Source: Candidatus Daviesbacteria bacterium
Lineage (GTDB): Bacteria; Patescibacteriota; Microgenomatia; Daviesbacterales; UBA10151
Reading direction: 5' to 3'
Assembly (NCBI GenBank): GCA_030646805.1
Contig: JAUSKZ010000016.1
Span: 1 to 56,960, forward strand
Length of the DNA: 56,960 bases
Shown one piece after another: positions 43,555-51,747 of this stretch. The notes below the pieces were generated by a model. That model had not been told where the DNA came from. It was given only the letters and a program-made list of their open reading frames with translations, and ran no database searches. How positions within the stretch are numbered: the stretch's first letter is position 1; every line of letters starts with the position of its first letter. Both the position numbers and the translations under genes were made by a program.

Positions 43555-44925
43555 CTAAAGCTTTTTTAATTTTGGGCCGGTTGGATTATCTTCTATTTCA
43601 TAGCCTAATTTTTTAATTTCTACTCGCAACTTATCTGCCTCTTTAAAATCCTGATTATTCCGAGCTTTCTCGCGAATAGTAAGCAATTTTTGGACATCAT
43701 CCGAGATCTCCAAAGTCTTACCCAAATACTGGTCTAAATTTAACCCTAAGATTTGATCCATTTTAAGAATAGTCGCTGACTTACTAGCTGTTGGGGTATC
43801 CAAGCGTAGAAGTTGATGCATCACCGCAACCGCTTGTGGCATATTTAGGTCATAACTAGCAGCCTCTAAAAACTTCTGCCAAAATTGTGCGACAGGCTCT
43901 TTGGGCCTTTCCTCCGGTCCAACAGGCAATTCCCAACCTCTAATTTCTTCTCTAATATTATTTAAAGCCTGTTGGGCAGCTTCTAAGCTCTCCCAGGTAA
44001 AATTGAGCTTGTCACGGTAGTGAGCAGTTAAAGTTAGGTAGCGAAAAGCTAAAGGCTCAAAGCCTCTTTCCTCAATATCCCTTAAAGTATAGAAATTATT
44101 TAAAGATTTGCTCATCTTTTTACCATCAACTAATAAATGTTCCGCATGAACAAAATAATTTACAAACTTCTGCCCACTGTGCCCCTCAGCTTGGGCGATC
44201 TCGTTTTCGTGGTGCGGGAATATTAAATCTATACCACCTGTATGGATATCAAATGTATCTCCCAGATACTCCTGGCTCATCACCGAACACTCAATATGCC
44301 AACCTGGCCTGCCTTTACCCCATGGTGAGTCCCAACCATATTCATCACTTTCTACCGCCTTCCAAAGAGCAAAATCTTGGGCATCATCTTTACTATATTC
44401 ATCAGATAAAATCCGGGTTCCAGTTTTTAACTCTCTGTTTTGTAAACCAGATAACTTTCCATAATTGAGAAACTTTGAAATATCAAAGTAAACTGATCCG
44501 TCTTTTTCCTGGTACGCCAAACCTTTCTCTAAAAGTTTCTCAATATATTTGATCATCTTACCGATATGTTCCGTAGCTTTAGGTTGGACATTTGGGGTTA
44601 AAATATTTAACTGATTTGTGTCTTGATTAAAATATTTAGTATATTCTTTGGTTAACTCTTCTGGAGTAATGTCTTTTTCGAGAGCTCTTTTGATAATTTT
44701 ATCTTCGATATCGGTAATATTTTCTACAAACTGGACTTCAAAGTTATTGGCAGTCAAAGTCCTTCTTAAAAGATCATAAAATATAAAACTTCTTAGATTT
44801 CCAAGATGGATAAAATCATAAACTGTGGGACCACAAGCATAAATCCCAACTTTAGGAGGATTTAAAGGCTTAAACTCTTCAATTTTTCTGGATAAGGTAT
44901 TAAATAGTCTTAGGCTCACACCCAA
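43555..44925 (-). CDS. cysS: Cysteine--tRNA ligase
   Basis: HIGH-type HLGNLRS and KMSKS present (KKMSKSLNN). TTG start, or GTG two codons later. Confidence 0.92.
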   Translation of the reverse strand: MGVSLRLFNTLSRKIEEFKPLNPPKVGIYACGPTVYDFIHLGNLRSFIFYDLLRRTLTANNFEVQFVENITDIEDKIIKRALEKDITPEELTKEYTKYFNQDTNQLNILTPNVQPKATEHIGKMIKYIEKLLEKGLAYQEKDGSVYFDISKFLNYGKLSGLQNRELKTGTRILSDEYSKDDAQDFALWKAVESDEYGWDSPWGKGRPGWHIECSVMSQEYLGDTFDIHTGGIDLIFPHHENEIAQAEGHSGQKFVNYFVHAEHLLVDGKKMSKSLNNFYTLRDIEERGFEPLAFRYLTLTAHYRDKLNFTWESLEAAQQALNNIREEIRGWELPVGPEERPKEPVAQFWQKFLEAASYDLNMPQAVAVMHQLLRLDTPTASKSATILKMDQILGLNLDQYLGKTLEISDDVQKLLTIREKARNNQDFKEADKLRVEIKKLGYEIEDNPTGPKLKKL

Positions 44926-44970
44926 AGTATAAGACGAAAGTGGATTTCAGTGAAGAGAGGAGTTTTAAAG

Positions 44971-45384
44971 CTATCCGCCTACTCCACCCCGAGCTTCAGT
45001 TTTAGTCTTGGCTTGGGTTATGGCAATTGACTGTTGTTTTTTCTGTTTCTCCATTACTTTAAACTGTTGGACTTTTTCCTCTTCCGCTTCTTGAGACTCT
45101 TTCTCTTGAACTTGTTGTTGACTCTGGGTCCGAACCACCTTTTGAGATTCCTCTATTTTTTTATACCAATCTAAAACTCTTAAGGCTTCCTGTTTTTTCT
45201 TCTGTTCTTCAAGCTGTTTTTGTTGCCTTTTAGCAGGATCGTCTTGGGTAGTCTGAGGACCTCCGATTACTGACTTAACCCCTAACTCCAAGGCTTGACC
45301 TACCTCATCAACCACCGGTTTTACAACCGCCTGATTAACATCTTCTATCGCCCGAGATATTCCACTTTTATCACCATCACTCAT
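44971..45384 (-). CDS. Hypothetical Gln/Glu/Lys-rich coiled-coil protein
   Basis: ORF with a low-complexity charged central region. Confidence 0.5.
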   Translation of the reverse strand: MSDGDKSGISRAIEDVNQAVVKPVVDEVGQALELGVKSVIGGPQTTQDDPAKRQQKQLEEQKKKQEALRVLDWYKKIEESQKVVRTQSQQQVQEKESQEAEEEKVQQFKVMEKQKKQQSIAITQAKTKTEARGGVGG

Positions 45385-45407
45385 ATAAGTAGTATAGCAG
45401 GTAGTCG

Positions 45408-46712
45408 TTACTTTAACTCTTGGATTAGCGCTTCAAATTTTTTAATATTTTCCTTGGAACTCTTAAGCGGTCCTTGAATTGTTAAGACTAACTTACTAAA
45501 ATCCCAATATTTTTTCATAATCTCAACACACTCTTTTGCGGTGAAGTCTTTAATCATCTCAATATACTCCTCCGGCATCCTAATCTTATCGTTCCACAAA
45601 AGGTCATTTTCCATCCAGCCAGTAATTGCTGAAGGGTGATCAAAAGACATCAGCCATTGGTTATTTAAATAATTTTTAACAAAAGCTATCTCGGAATCTG
45701 TTGGCCCATTTTTATATAAAGCTGAAAGCTCCCGGGAAATTAAGGAAACAACTTCATCCAAATTTTCAGTCGAGACTTCACAACCAATATACCCATAGCC
45801 TAAACCCGGCCAGGTAGCCGCCCCTGAGGAAACATTATAAACCAAACCCCTTTGATACCGAAGTAACTTAAAGAGCCGGGAATTTCTGATCCCTCCCAAA
45901 ACGACAAAAGCCAAGTTTTGTTTAACCCTCAAGTTTAAAGGGGCTAAAAGATCTAAGATTGGAAAGGCTAAATCTAGGTAATTAGATCCCAAACTTTTAT
46001 CGTGGCGAATACTAACTTGTCTCCTACTAAAGTCATCTCTGGTTATTTTGGGAAACCCCGGAAAAGCCTCTTGAGATTTATACTGGCCAAAGTATTTTTC
46101 CAGGAGTTTAAGTAGTTGATCTGGATCAAACTTGCCCGTCACCACAATTGAGGTATTTGTAGGTAAAAAATACTTTTTCCAAAATAGAGTTAAATCATCA
46201 CGGGTTAGAATTTTCACAATCTCTATTTGTCCAGCCGGATTGCGATTTAAAGGATGGTTTTCTCCAAATCTAACAGCCCGGAAAAATTCATTAATTTTAA
46301 ACCAATGAGAGTCCATCTTTTCCCGAATCTCTTCAATAATTACCTGTCTTTCTCGATCTATGGCCTCGTTTGCAAAAAGTGGCTCAAAAAATACTTCGCT
46401 GGAAATTTGGACAGCGTCCTTAAGGTGAGTTTTTGGCAAAGTGATATGAAAACCAACAGTTAAGTTTGAGGTGTAGGCCCCATAACTGCCGGCTAAACTC
46501 TCAATATGACCTGATAAATCTTCAACGCTAGGAAAAGACGGGGTACCTTGAACCAGCATATGTTCCATAAAGTGGGCCACTCCGTTATTTTTAGTTGTCT
46601 CAACCAGAGACCCACTTTTGGTAATAACTTCCAAATGGATGGATCTTAAATCCGGTAGATTATAGGTAGCAACCTGGATACCGTTTTTTAGTTTAAAAGT
46701 TTTTAACATCAA
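45408..46712 (-). CDS. M16 family zinc peptidase (second copy)
   Basis: HFMEHMLVQG (HxxEH). Confidence 0.88.
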   Translation of the reverse strand: MMLKTFKLKNGIQVATYNLPDLRSIHLEVITKSGSLVETTKNNGVAHFMEHMLVQGTPSFPSVEDLSGHIESLAGSYGAYTSNLTVGFHITLPKTHLKDAVQISSEVFFEPLFANEAIDRERQVIIEEIREKMDSHWFKINEFFRAVRFGENHPLNRNPAGQIEIVKILTRDDLTLFWKKYFLPTNTSIVVTGKFDPDQLLKLLEKYFGQYKSQEAFPGFPKITRDDFSRRQVSIRHDKSLGSNYLDLAFPILDLLAPLNLRVKQNLAFVVLGGIRNSRLFKLLRYQRGLVYNVSSGAATWPGLGYGYIGCEVSTENLDEVVSLISRELSALYKNGPTDSEIAFVKNYLNNQWLMSFDHPSAITGWMENDLLWNDKIRMPEEYIEMIKDFTAKECVEIMKKYWDFSKLVLTIQGPLKSSKENIKKFEALIQELK

Positions 46713-47305
46713 TATTCTTTTCGGCCCTCCATCGATCTCCGCAAGGTTGTCTCATCGGCGTACTCCAAATCTCCTCCTACAGGTAGTCCCCGGGCAATTC
46801 TGGTAACTTTTATACCAAGTGGCGCAATTAACCGATCGATATACATCGCTGTGGCCTCACCTTCCATCGTCGGATTGGTAGCCAAAATTACCTCTTTGAC
46901 CTCACCCGCTTTTATTCTAGGTAGGATTTGCCTAATTTTTAGCTCCTCCGGGCCAATATTCTCCATCGGTGAGATTGATCCGTTAAGAACATGGTATAAG
47001 CCCTTAAAGTTGGTTTTTTCCAAAGCTAAAACATCCAAAGGATCTTCCACCACCGCTATGATAGTTTTGTCTCGACTTGAATCTGAACAGATCCAACAAT
47101 TTACATCTTCAGCAATATTAAAACAAATCTCACAAACAACTGTCTTTTCTTTTAAATCTGTGGCTGCAGAAGCTAGAGCTTGTGATTCCTCTTTAGGGGC
47201 CTGGAGAAGATAATAGGTAAGCCTTTGGGCAGTTTTAGGCCCAATTCCAGGTAATCTTTCAAAAGCTTCTATTAATTTTTGGATAACTTTGGGAACCGAC
47301 GCCAT
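46709..47305 (-). CDS. recR: Recombination protein RecR
   Basis: HhH (LPGIGPKTAQRL), C4 zinc finger (CEICFN...CWIC) and a Toprim domain. Confidence 0.92.
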   Translation of the reverse strand: MASVPKVIQKLIEAFERLPGIGPKTAQRLTYYLLQAPKEESQALASAATDLKEKTVVCEICFNIAEDVNCWICSDSSRDKTIIAVVEDPLDVLALEKTNFKGLYHVLNGSISPMENIGPEELKIRQILPRIKAGEVKEVILATNPTMEGEATAMYIDRLIAPLGIKVTRIARGLPVGGDLEYADETTLRRSMEGRKEY

Positions 47306-47331
47306 GGGTCACAATTCTACCACAACTAAGT

Positions 47332-47610
47332 CTACATTCCTGGCAAACCCATGCCCCCCATTAAACCTTTCATCTCTTCAGCGGCTACTTTTTGAGATTG
47401 TTTTAAGGCTTCGTTAACAGCTTCAGCAATTTTATCGTGATCCAATTCTCCGGAGATTGAGACTACCTTTTGATCAGCAGTCATGACTACAATTACCCCT
47501 CGGTGCTCGACAGTTATTTTAATACCAGCCAGGCGTTTTTGAACTTCCATCGCCTGATCCCGCATCTTCTTTAAATCCCCAAGTTGTTTCAGTCCATCCA
47601 TCAAACCCAT
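47332..47610 (-). CDS. ybaB: YbaB/EbfC family nucleoid-associated protein
   Basis: MGLMDGLKQLGDLKKMRDQAMEVQKRL pattern. The start at M13 of the ORF avoids overlap with folD. Confidence 0.85.
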   Translation of the reverse strand: MGLMDGLKQLGDLKKMRDQAMEVQKRLAGIKITVEHRGVIVVMTADQKVVSISGELDHDKIAEAVNEALKQSQKVAAEEMKGLMGGMGLPGM

Positions 47611-47618
47611 AAGGGGTA

Positions 47619-48431
47619 TTATATGGCAAGAGGGGGGTTGTGACAAGCTGCATCGAAAACATTCTCCATCAAAGAAATAACCGTCACCGGACCAACTCCG
47701 CCTTTAGGAGGAGTTATTTTAAAGGCTTTTTTGGAAACATTTTCAAAATCTACATCCATTCCCACATCAATCACTACCACCCCTTCCTTGACCATATCCT
47801 CAGTTATTAGATTTGGGATTCCAACAGCTGAGATGATAATATCTGCCTCTTTAGTTTTACCTTCCAATCCCCGGGTTTTACTGTGAATCGGAATTACCTC
47901 AGCTCCTCTTTTTTTAAGCTCATAAACCATCGGCGTTCCGACCATACCAGTGGCTCCGACAACAGCTACAACTTTACCGCCAACTTCAATTTCTTCCTCT
48001 TTAAATATGGTAAGAACTGCCCGAACCGTGGCATGAATAAATAAGGAATCGGACCTGAGTCCATCCACATCCTTATGAGGATTGATAGTACTTACCAACT
48101 CGTCCTCATTTTTATCACCTAAAAACATCTTCGGCAGAGGCAGTTGAATCATAATTCCTGATACATCCAGATCATCATTTAAATCTTTGATATATTTTTC
48201 AACTACCTCATATTTTTCCTCAGCCGGAAATTGGATAAAATCAAAATCTATTCCAATCTCGGCCGCTTTTTTCTTTTTAATTTGGGAATAAAGCAATGAC
48301 GCCGGATCACTACCCACCAAGATACTAATAACCTTTGGTATCCTTTTTAAGCTTTTAACCTTTATCTTCAAACTTTCCTCATATTTTTTAGCCAAAGCTC
48401 TCCCATCGATTATCCTGTCATAAAAGTCCAT
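47619..48431 (-). CDS. folD: Bifunctional methylenetetrahydrofolate dehydrogenase/cyclohydrolase
   Basis: SxLVG...YxxxK context (ILVGSDPASLLYSQIKKK), VVGATGMVG Rossmann motif and PPKGGVGPVT. Confidence 0.9.
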   Translation of the reverse strand: MDFYDRIIDGRALAKKYEESLKIKVKSLKRIPKVISILVGSDPASLLYSQIKKKKAAEIGIDFDFIQFPAEEKYEVVEKYIKDLNDDLDVSGIMIQLPLPKMFLGDKNEDELVSTINPHKDVDGLRSDSLFIHATVRAVLTIFKEEEIEVGGKVVAVVGATGMVGTPMVYELKKRGAEVIPIHSKTRGLEGKTKEADIIISAVGIPNLITEDMVKEGVVVIDVGMDVDFENVSKKAFKITPPKGGVGPVTVISLMENVFDAACHNPPLAI

Positions 48432-48507
48432 ATCAAATATTATATCTTCTTTGGCTTAAAAAATCACCTTTAAGTGAACTCCAACACACTAGGCTCACCT
48501 AATCACA

Positions 48508-48540
48508 CATCGGAGGTGTCTTAGCTTGACACCTCGGGAT
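48508..48540 (+). repeat. REP-like hairpin element (family A), left flank of the transposase gene
   Basis: CATCGGAGGTGTCTTAGCTTGACACCTCGGGAT. 8-bp stem GAGGTGTC/GACACCTC with loop TTAGCTT. Confidence 0.8.
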
Positions 48541-48554
48541 AAAATCATCATTAT
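48526..48554 (+). promoter_or_regulatory. Promoter formed partly by the REP element, abutting the transposase start
   Basis: TTGACA (48526-48531, inside the repeat), 17-nt spacer, CATTAT (48549-48554), 6 nt, ATG (48561). Confidence 0.45.
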
Positions 48555-48560
48555 GAGAGT

Positions 48561-49226
48561 ATGCCCATAAGAAAGGTCCCGCTTGTCACCGAGGAAATCT
48601 ATCATGTCTTTAATAGAGGCATAAATAGACAACCTACCTTCCTTTTCAAAAGAGATTACCAAAGAGCAATACAGTCAATTCAATATTACTGTTTCAGCAA
48701 ACCACCTTTAAGGCTATCCAAATTCTTGATATTGGAGCAAAGCCGACAGGATGATTTATTAAAATCACTGGCATCATCTGAGGCATTGATAGATACTATA
48801 TCCTTTTGTTTGATGCCAAATCATTTTCATCTTCTGCTCAGGCAAAAAGCGGAGAAAGGGATCTCTAAATTTTTGGCTAACTTTCAAAATAGTTATACCC
48901 GTTACTTCAATACAAAACATAACAGAGACGGAGCCTTGTTTCTGACTCAATTTAAAGCTGTCAGGATTGAAACTGAGGAACAACTAATCCATGTTTCAAG
49001 GTACATTCATCTCAACCCATGTACAGGTTTCGTAGTTAACTCAACAGAAGAATTAAAACATTATCCTTGGTCATCCTTCCCAAACTACTGCAATAATTCA
49101 ACTAATACAACTCATAAAGATCTTGTAGATCTTTTTCCAAGCAAAGAGATGTACCAAAAATTTGTCCTTGATCAGGCAGATTATCAAAAAGAACTTAGTT
49201 TAATTAAACATTTGTCTTTAGATTAA
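48561..49226 (+). CDS. IS200/IS605-type Y1 (HUH) transposase homologue, REP-associated tyrosine transposase (RAYT)-like
   Basis: HUH motif MPNHFHLLL and catalytic Tyr context SRYIHLNP. At 221 aa it is longer than a minimal IS200 TnpA. Confidence 0.8.
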   Translation: MPIRKVPLVTEEIYHVFNRGINRQPTFLFKRDYQRAIQSIQYYCFSKPPLRLSKFLILEQSRQDDLLKSLASSEALIDTISFCLMPNHFHLLLRQKAEKGISKFLANFQNSYTRYFNTKHNRDGALFLTQFKAVRIETEEQLIHVSRYIHLNPCTGFVVNSTEELKHYPWSSFPNYCNNSTNTTHKDLVDLFPSKEMYQKFVLDQADYQKELSLIKHLSLD

Positions 49227-49264
49227 ATCCCGAGGTGTACTAGCTCCACCACCTCCGAGGTGTA
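49227..49264 (-). repeat. REP-like double hairpin element (family A), inverted, right flank of the transposase gene
   Basis: The reverse complement ACACCTCGGAGGTGGTGGAGCTAGTACACCTCGGGAT matches 18469-18505 except in the central spacer. Confidence 0.8.
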
Positions 49265-49274
49265 TTTTATTTGG

Positions 49275-50579
49275 TTATATCCCTGGGACTGGGAATTTTG
49301 AGGCAAACTTTTTAACTTCATTTCTAATTCTCTGAAGATTTTTATTTTTAACAATCTCTCTCTTAAAATTCTTAATATGCTCTGCCCTTAACTCTTTCTC
49401 CTTTGGAGTCTCATTCCCCCTGGTCTCTTCCAAAGCCAACTTGATCCATTTAGAAATTTTAATCATATCAGCCTCTTTCATCCCTCTTGAGGTCAGGGCG
49501 GGCGTGCCCAACCTGATTCCCGATGGATAAAAAGGTGAGACCGGTTCCCCGGGAATAGTATTTTTATTAACAGTTATCCCGGCCGTTTCCAGCGCATATT
49601 GGCCCTGATATCCCATCCCATATCCATAATCTGTCAGAGACAAAAGTATCAGGTGATTTTCAGATTTGGTCCCCAATTCCTCCGCCAATACCTTAGCATT
49701 TTTAACAACTTGCTCAGCATATTTTTTAAATTTAGGAGTCGCAGCTTCTTCCAAAGCAATAGCTATAGCCGCAGTTTGGTGGTTATGAGGACCACCCTGA
49801 AGGCCAGGGATAATCGCTTTTTCCAGCTTTGATCTTAAATCCGGGTCTTTTTTAAGTCCCCGATCGGTGACCATAATCATCGCCCCCCGAGGCCCTCTTA
49901 AGGTTTTATGGGTGGTGGTAGTAATAATATCAACATCATTTACCGGGGATGAGTGAACCCCTCCCACGATCAACCCGGAGATGTGGGAGATATCAGCAAC
50001 TAAGTAGGCTCCAACTAAATCAGCCACCTCCCTAAATTTTTTATAGTCCAATTTATATGGATAAGCGGTAGTCCCTGCCCAAATTAATTTTGGTTTATGT
50101 TTGAGGGCAAGTTCTTTCATCTCCTCGAAATTAATCTTCCAGTCCGGACCAACCGTATAATTTACCGCTTTATAAAAAATACTGGAAAAAGAGAGGTTGG
50201 CTCCATGAGTTAAGTGACCACCGGAAGACAAGGCCAATCCTAAAACTGTCTCTCCTGGCTGACAAACTGCCATAGTTGTTGCCATGTTAGCCGGAGACCC
50301 AGAGTATGGTTGAACCAAAGCTACAGGTACCTCAAAGAGCTTCTTGGCTAAATCGGCCGCATAATTTTCAATCTCATCAATAACCTCATTGCCCCCATAA
50401 TAACGCCGGCCGGGGAATCCTTCTGAGTATTTATTGGTTAATATTGATCCTAAAGCTGAGAGAACACCAGAAGAGACATAGTTTTCCGAGGGGATCATCT
50501 CGAGCCCCGTCACTTGCCTAACCTTTTCTTTCTCAATAAGTTTAAAGACAATTTTGGACACAGTAGAGGTATCTAACAA
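49275..50579 (-). CDS. glyA: Serine hydroxymethyltransferase
   Basis: MIPSENY and TTTTHKTLRGPRG (PLP-lysine motif). TTG start. Confidence 0.92.
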   Translation of the reverse strand: MLDTSTVSKIVFKLIEKEKVRQVTGLEMIPSENYVSSGVLSALGSILTNKYSEGFPGRRYYGGNEVIDEIENYAADLAKKLFEVPVALVQPYSGSPANMATTMAVCQPGETVLGLALSSGGHLTHGANLSFSSIFYKAVNYTVGPDWKINFEEMKELALKHKPKLIWAGTTAYPYKLDYKKFREVADLVGAYLVADISHISGLIVGGVHSSPVNDVDIITTTTHKTLRGPRGAMIMVTDRGLKKDPDLRSKLEKAIIPGLQGGPHNHQTAAIAIALEEAATPKFKKYAEQVVKNAKVLAEELGTKSENHLILLSLTDYGYGMGYQGQYALETAGITVNKNTIPGEPVSPFYPSGIRLGTPALTSRGMKEADMIKISKWIKLALEETRGNETPKEKELRAEHIKNFKREIVKNKNLQRIRNEVKKFASKFPVPGI

Positions 50580-50599
50580 CTTTTAGAGATTTATTGCAA

Positions 50600-51610
50600 C
50601 TATGATACTTTTACCGCTCCATTACTATGAATAGGTGATCTGATCGGCAGTCCCAGAAGCAGCCTTCCGTTAACACTCCCAACCCTAATAATTTGTTCCA
50701 TATCATAATAATGATTTCCGTCATAAAGAAGTTTTAACTCAGGCCACATCTCCCCTTCACTACTTGGTTTATAAATATCCAAAATATTGTCTGTTCCGAG
50801 GGCGACAGTAATTCCTCTGGGAATCATCTCGTCAATAGGAGTTAAAGCGTTGTGAATAGGCGCCGACTCTTCTAACCTTTGATCGTCTATCCAAGCCCAA
50901 GGACAAGCGATCATCCCAAGTCCTACATCTTCCATCTGGGAGTAAAGCCAGTTTCTATAGTCTAAAGGCTGGGCCGCGATAGATATTCCATGAACGCCGA
51001 CTACCTTGCCTTCCATACCATGTTCTCGGACTTTGTCTATTAACAGCTCCGTTTCTCGCTCTTGAGGTGTATTATTTTGATCAACATGGACATGGACCAT
51101 TTTTCCTCTCCACTTTGCAGTCTCAAGTAAAACATCTAGGTGTTCCCTTTCCCTACCTTTGTCACGAGCCGGAAGCCCACCTATAATATCTACAAACTCA
51201 GCAGCTACATTAAACCAGACTGATGCTTCAGGATCCAAGACTCCTTTTAAAGCTTGGTTTGCAAAAACTAAATCTATATCCCTTCCAAAAGTCTCTCTTA
51301 ATCTTAAAGCTGCCATGATAGCCCGATCCCTAATCGCTTCATCGACGTCTATAAAAGTCCCAAAGGCAGTTACTCCTTGGTGCAACATATTCTCAGCTAC
51401 TCTCGCCATGCGATCATAAACATCAGTTGAGGTTGAGTCCCGTTTTATTTGATCTACTGCACTCCATTTATCTTTTAAAGACAGCCTGGAAAGGTGGAGA
51501 GTTTCAGGAGTAATGGTATAAGCGCGATCAGCGTGAGCATGAGCGTTAGTCCAACCACCAGCCTCTTTGATTCCTTGGGTTACAGATTCTCTAAAATTAA
51601 ATTCTGCCAT
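50600..51610 (-). CDS. Amidohydrolase superfamily protein, cytosine deaminase-like
   Basis: Metal ligand pattern NAHAHADR (HxH), VHVHVDQ, VGVHG and ALGTDN. Confidence 0.55.
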   Translation of the reverse strand: MAEFNFRESVTQGIKEAGGWTNAHAHADRAYTITPETLHLSRLSLKDKWSAVDQIKRDSTSTDVYDRMARVAENMLHQGVTAFGTFIDVDEAIRDRAIMAALRLRETFGRDIDLVFANQALKGVLDPEASVWFNVAAEFVDIIGGLPARDKGREREHLDVLLETAKWRGKMVHVHVDQNNTPQERETELLIDKVREHGMEGKVVGVHGISIAAQPLDYRNWLYSQMEDVGLGMIACPWAWIDDQRLEESAPIHNALTPIDEMIPRGITVALGTDNILDIYKPSSEGEMWPELKLLYDGNHYYDMEQIIRVGSVNGRLLLGLPIRSPIHSNGAVKVS

Positions 51611-51618
51611 TTTTCTCC

Positions 51619-51643
51619 AAAAAAAAAGAGCCCTTTCGGCTCT
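51619..51643 (-). terminator. Strong intrinsic terminator 12 nt upstream of the amidohydrolase start codon
   Basis: The minus strand reads AGAGCC-GAAA-GGCTCT followed by nine T, then GGAGAAAAATG. Confidence 0.7.
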
Positions 51644-51673
51644 TTAGCTCGTTTGCTGTTTAATTAATTGTTT

Positions 51674-51709
51674 AAAAATTCCTAGATTCAATATTTTACC
51701 CTCTAGGAA
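51674..51709 (-). terminator. Second hairpin plus T-run downstream of dnaX
   Basis: Stem TTCCTAG/CTAGGAA (7 bp) with a 17-nt loop, followed by TTTTT on the minus strand. Confidence 0.4.
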
Positions 51710-51747
51710 GTTAGTTTAACACGGGACTTTTGGACTCTGTCAATATA

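Larger units (their letters stand above)
48508..49264 (+). mobile_element. RAYT-type Y1 transposase gene bracketed by inverted REP-like hairpin repeats
   Basis: Left repeat 48508-48540 and right repeat 49227-49264 are inverted relative to each other. Related copies lie at 18469-18508, 24151-24178 and 29291-29315. Confidence 0.65.

Noticed and set aside
51611-51747. Looked for an SRP RNA or other ncRNA next to dnaX, as in Firmicutes.
   Set aside because: The gap upstream of dnaX is only 47 nt. The downstream gap is explained by two terminator hairpins, and no conserved SRP domain IV-like motif was recognised.
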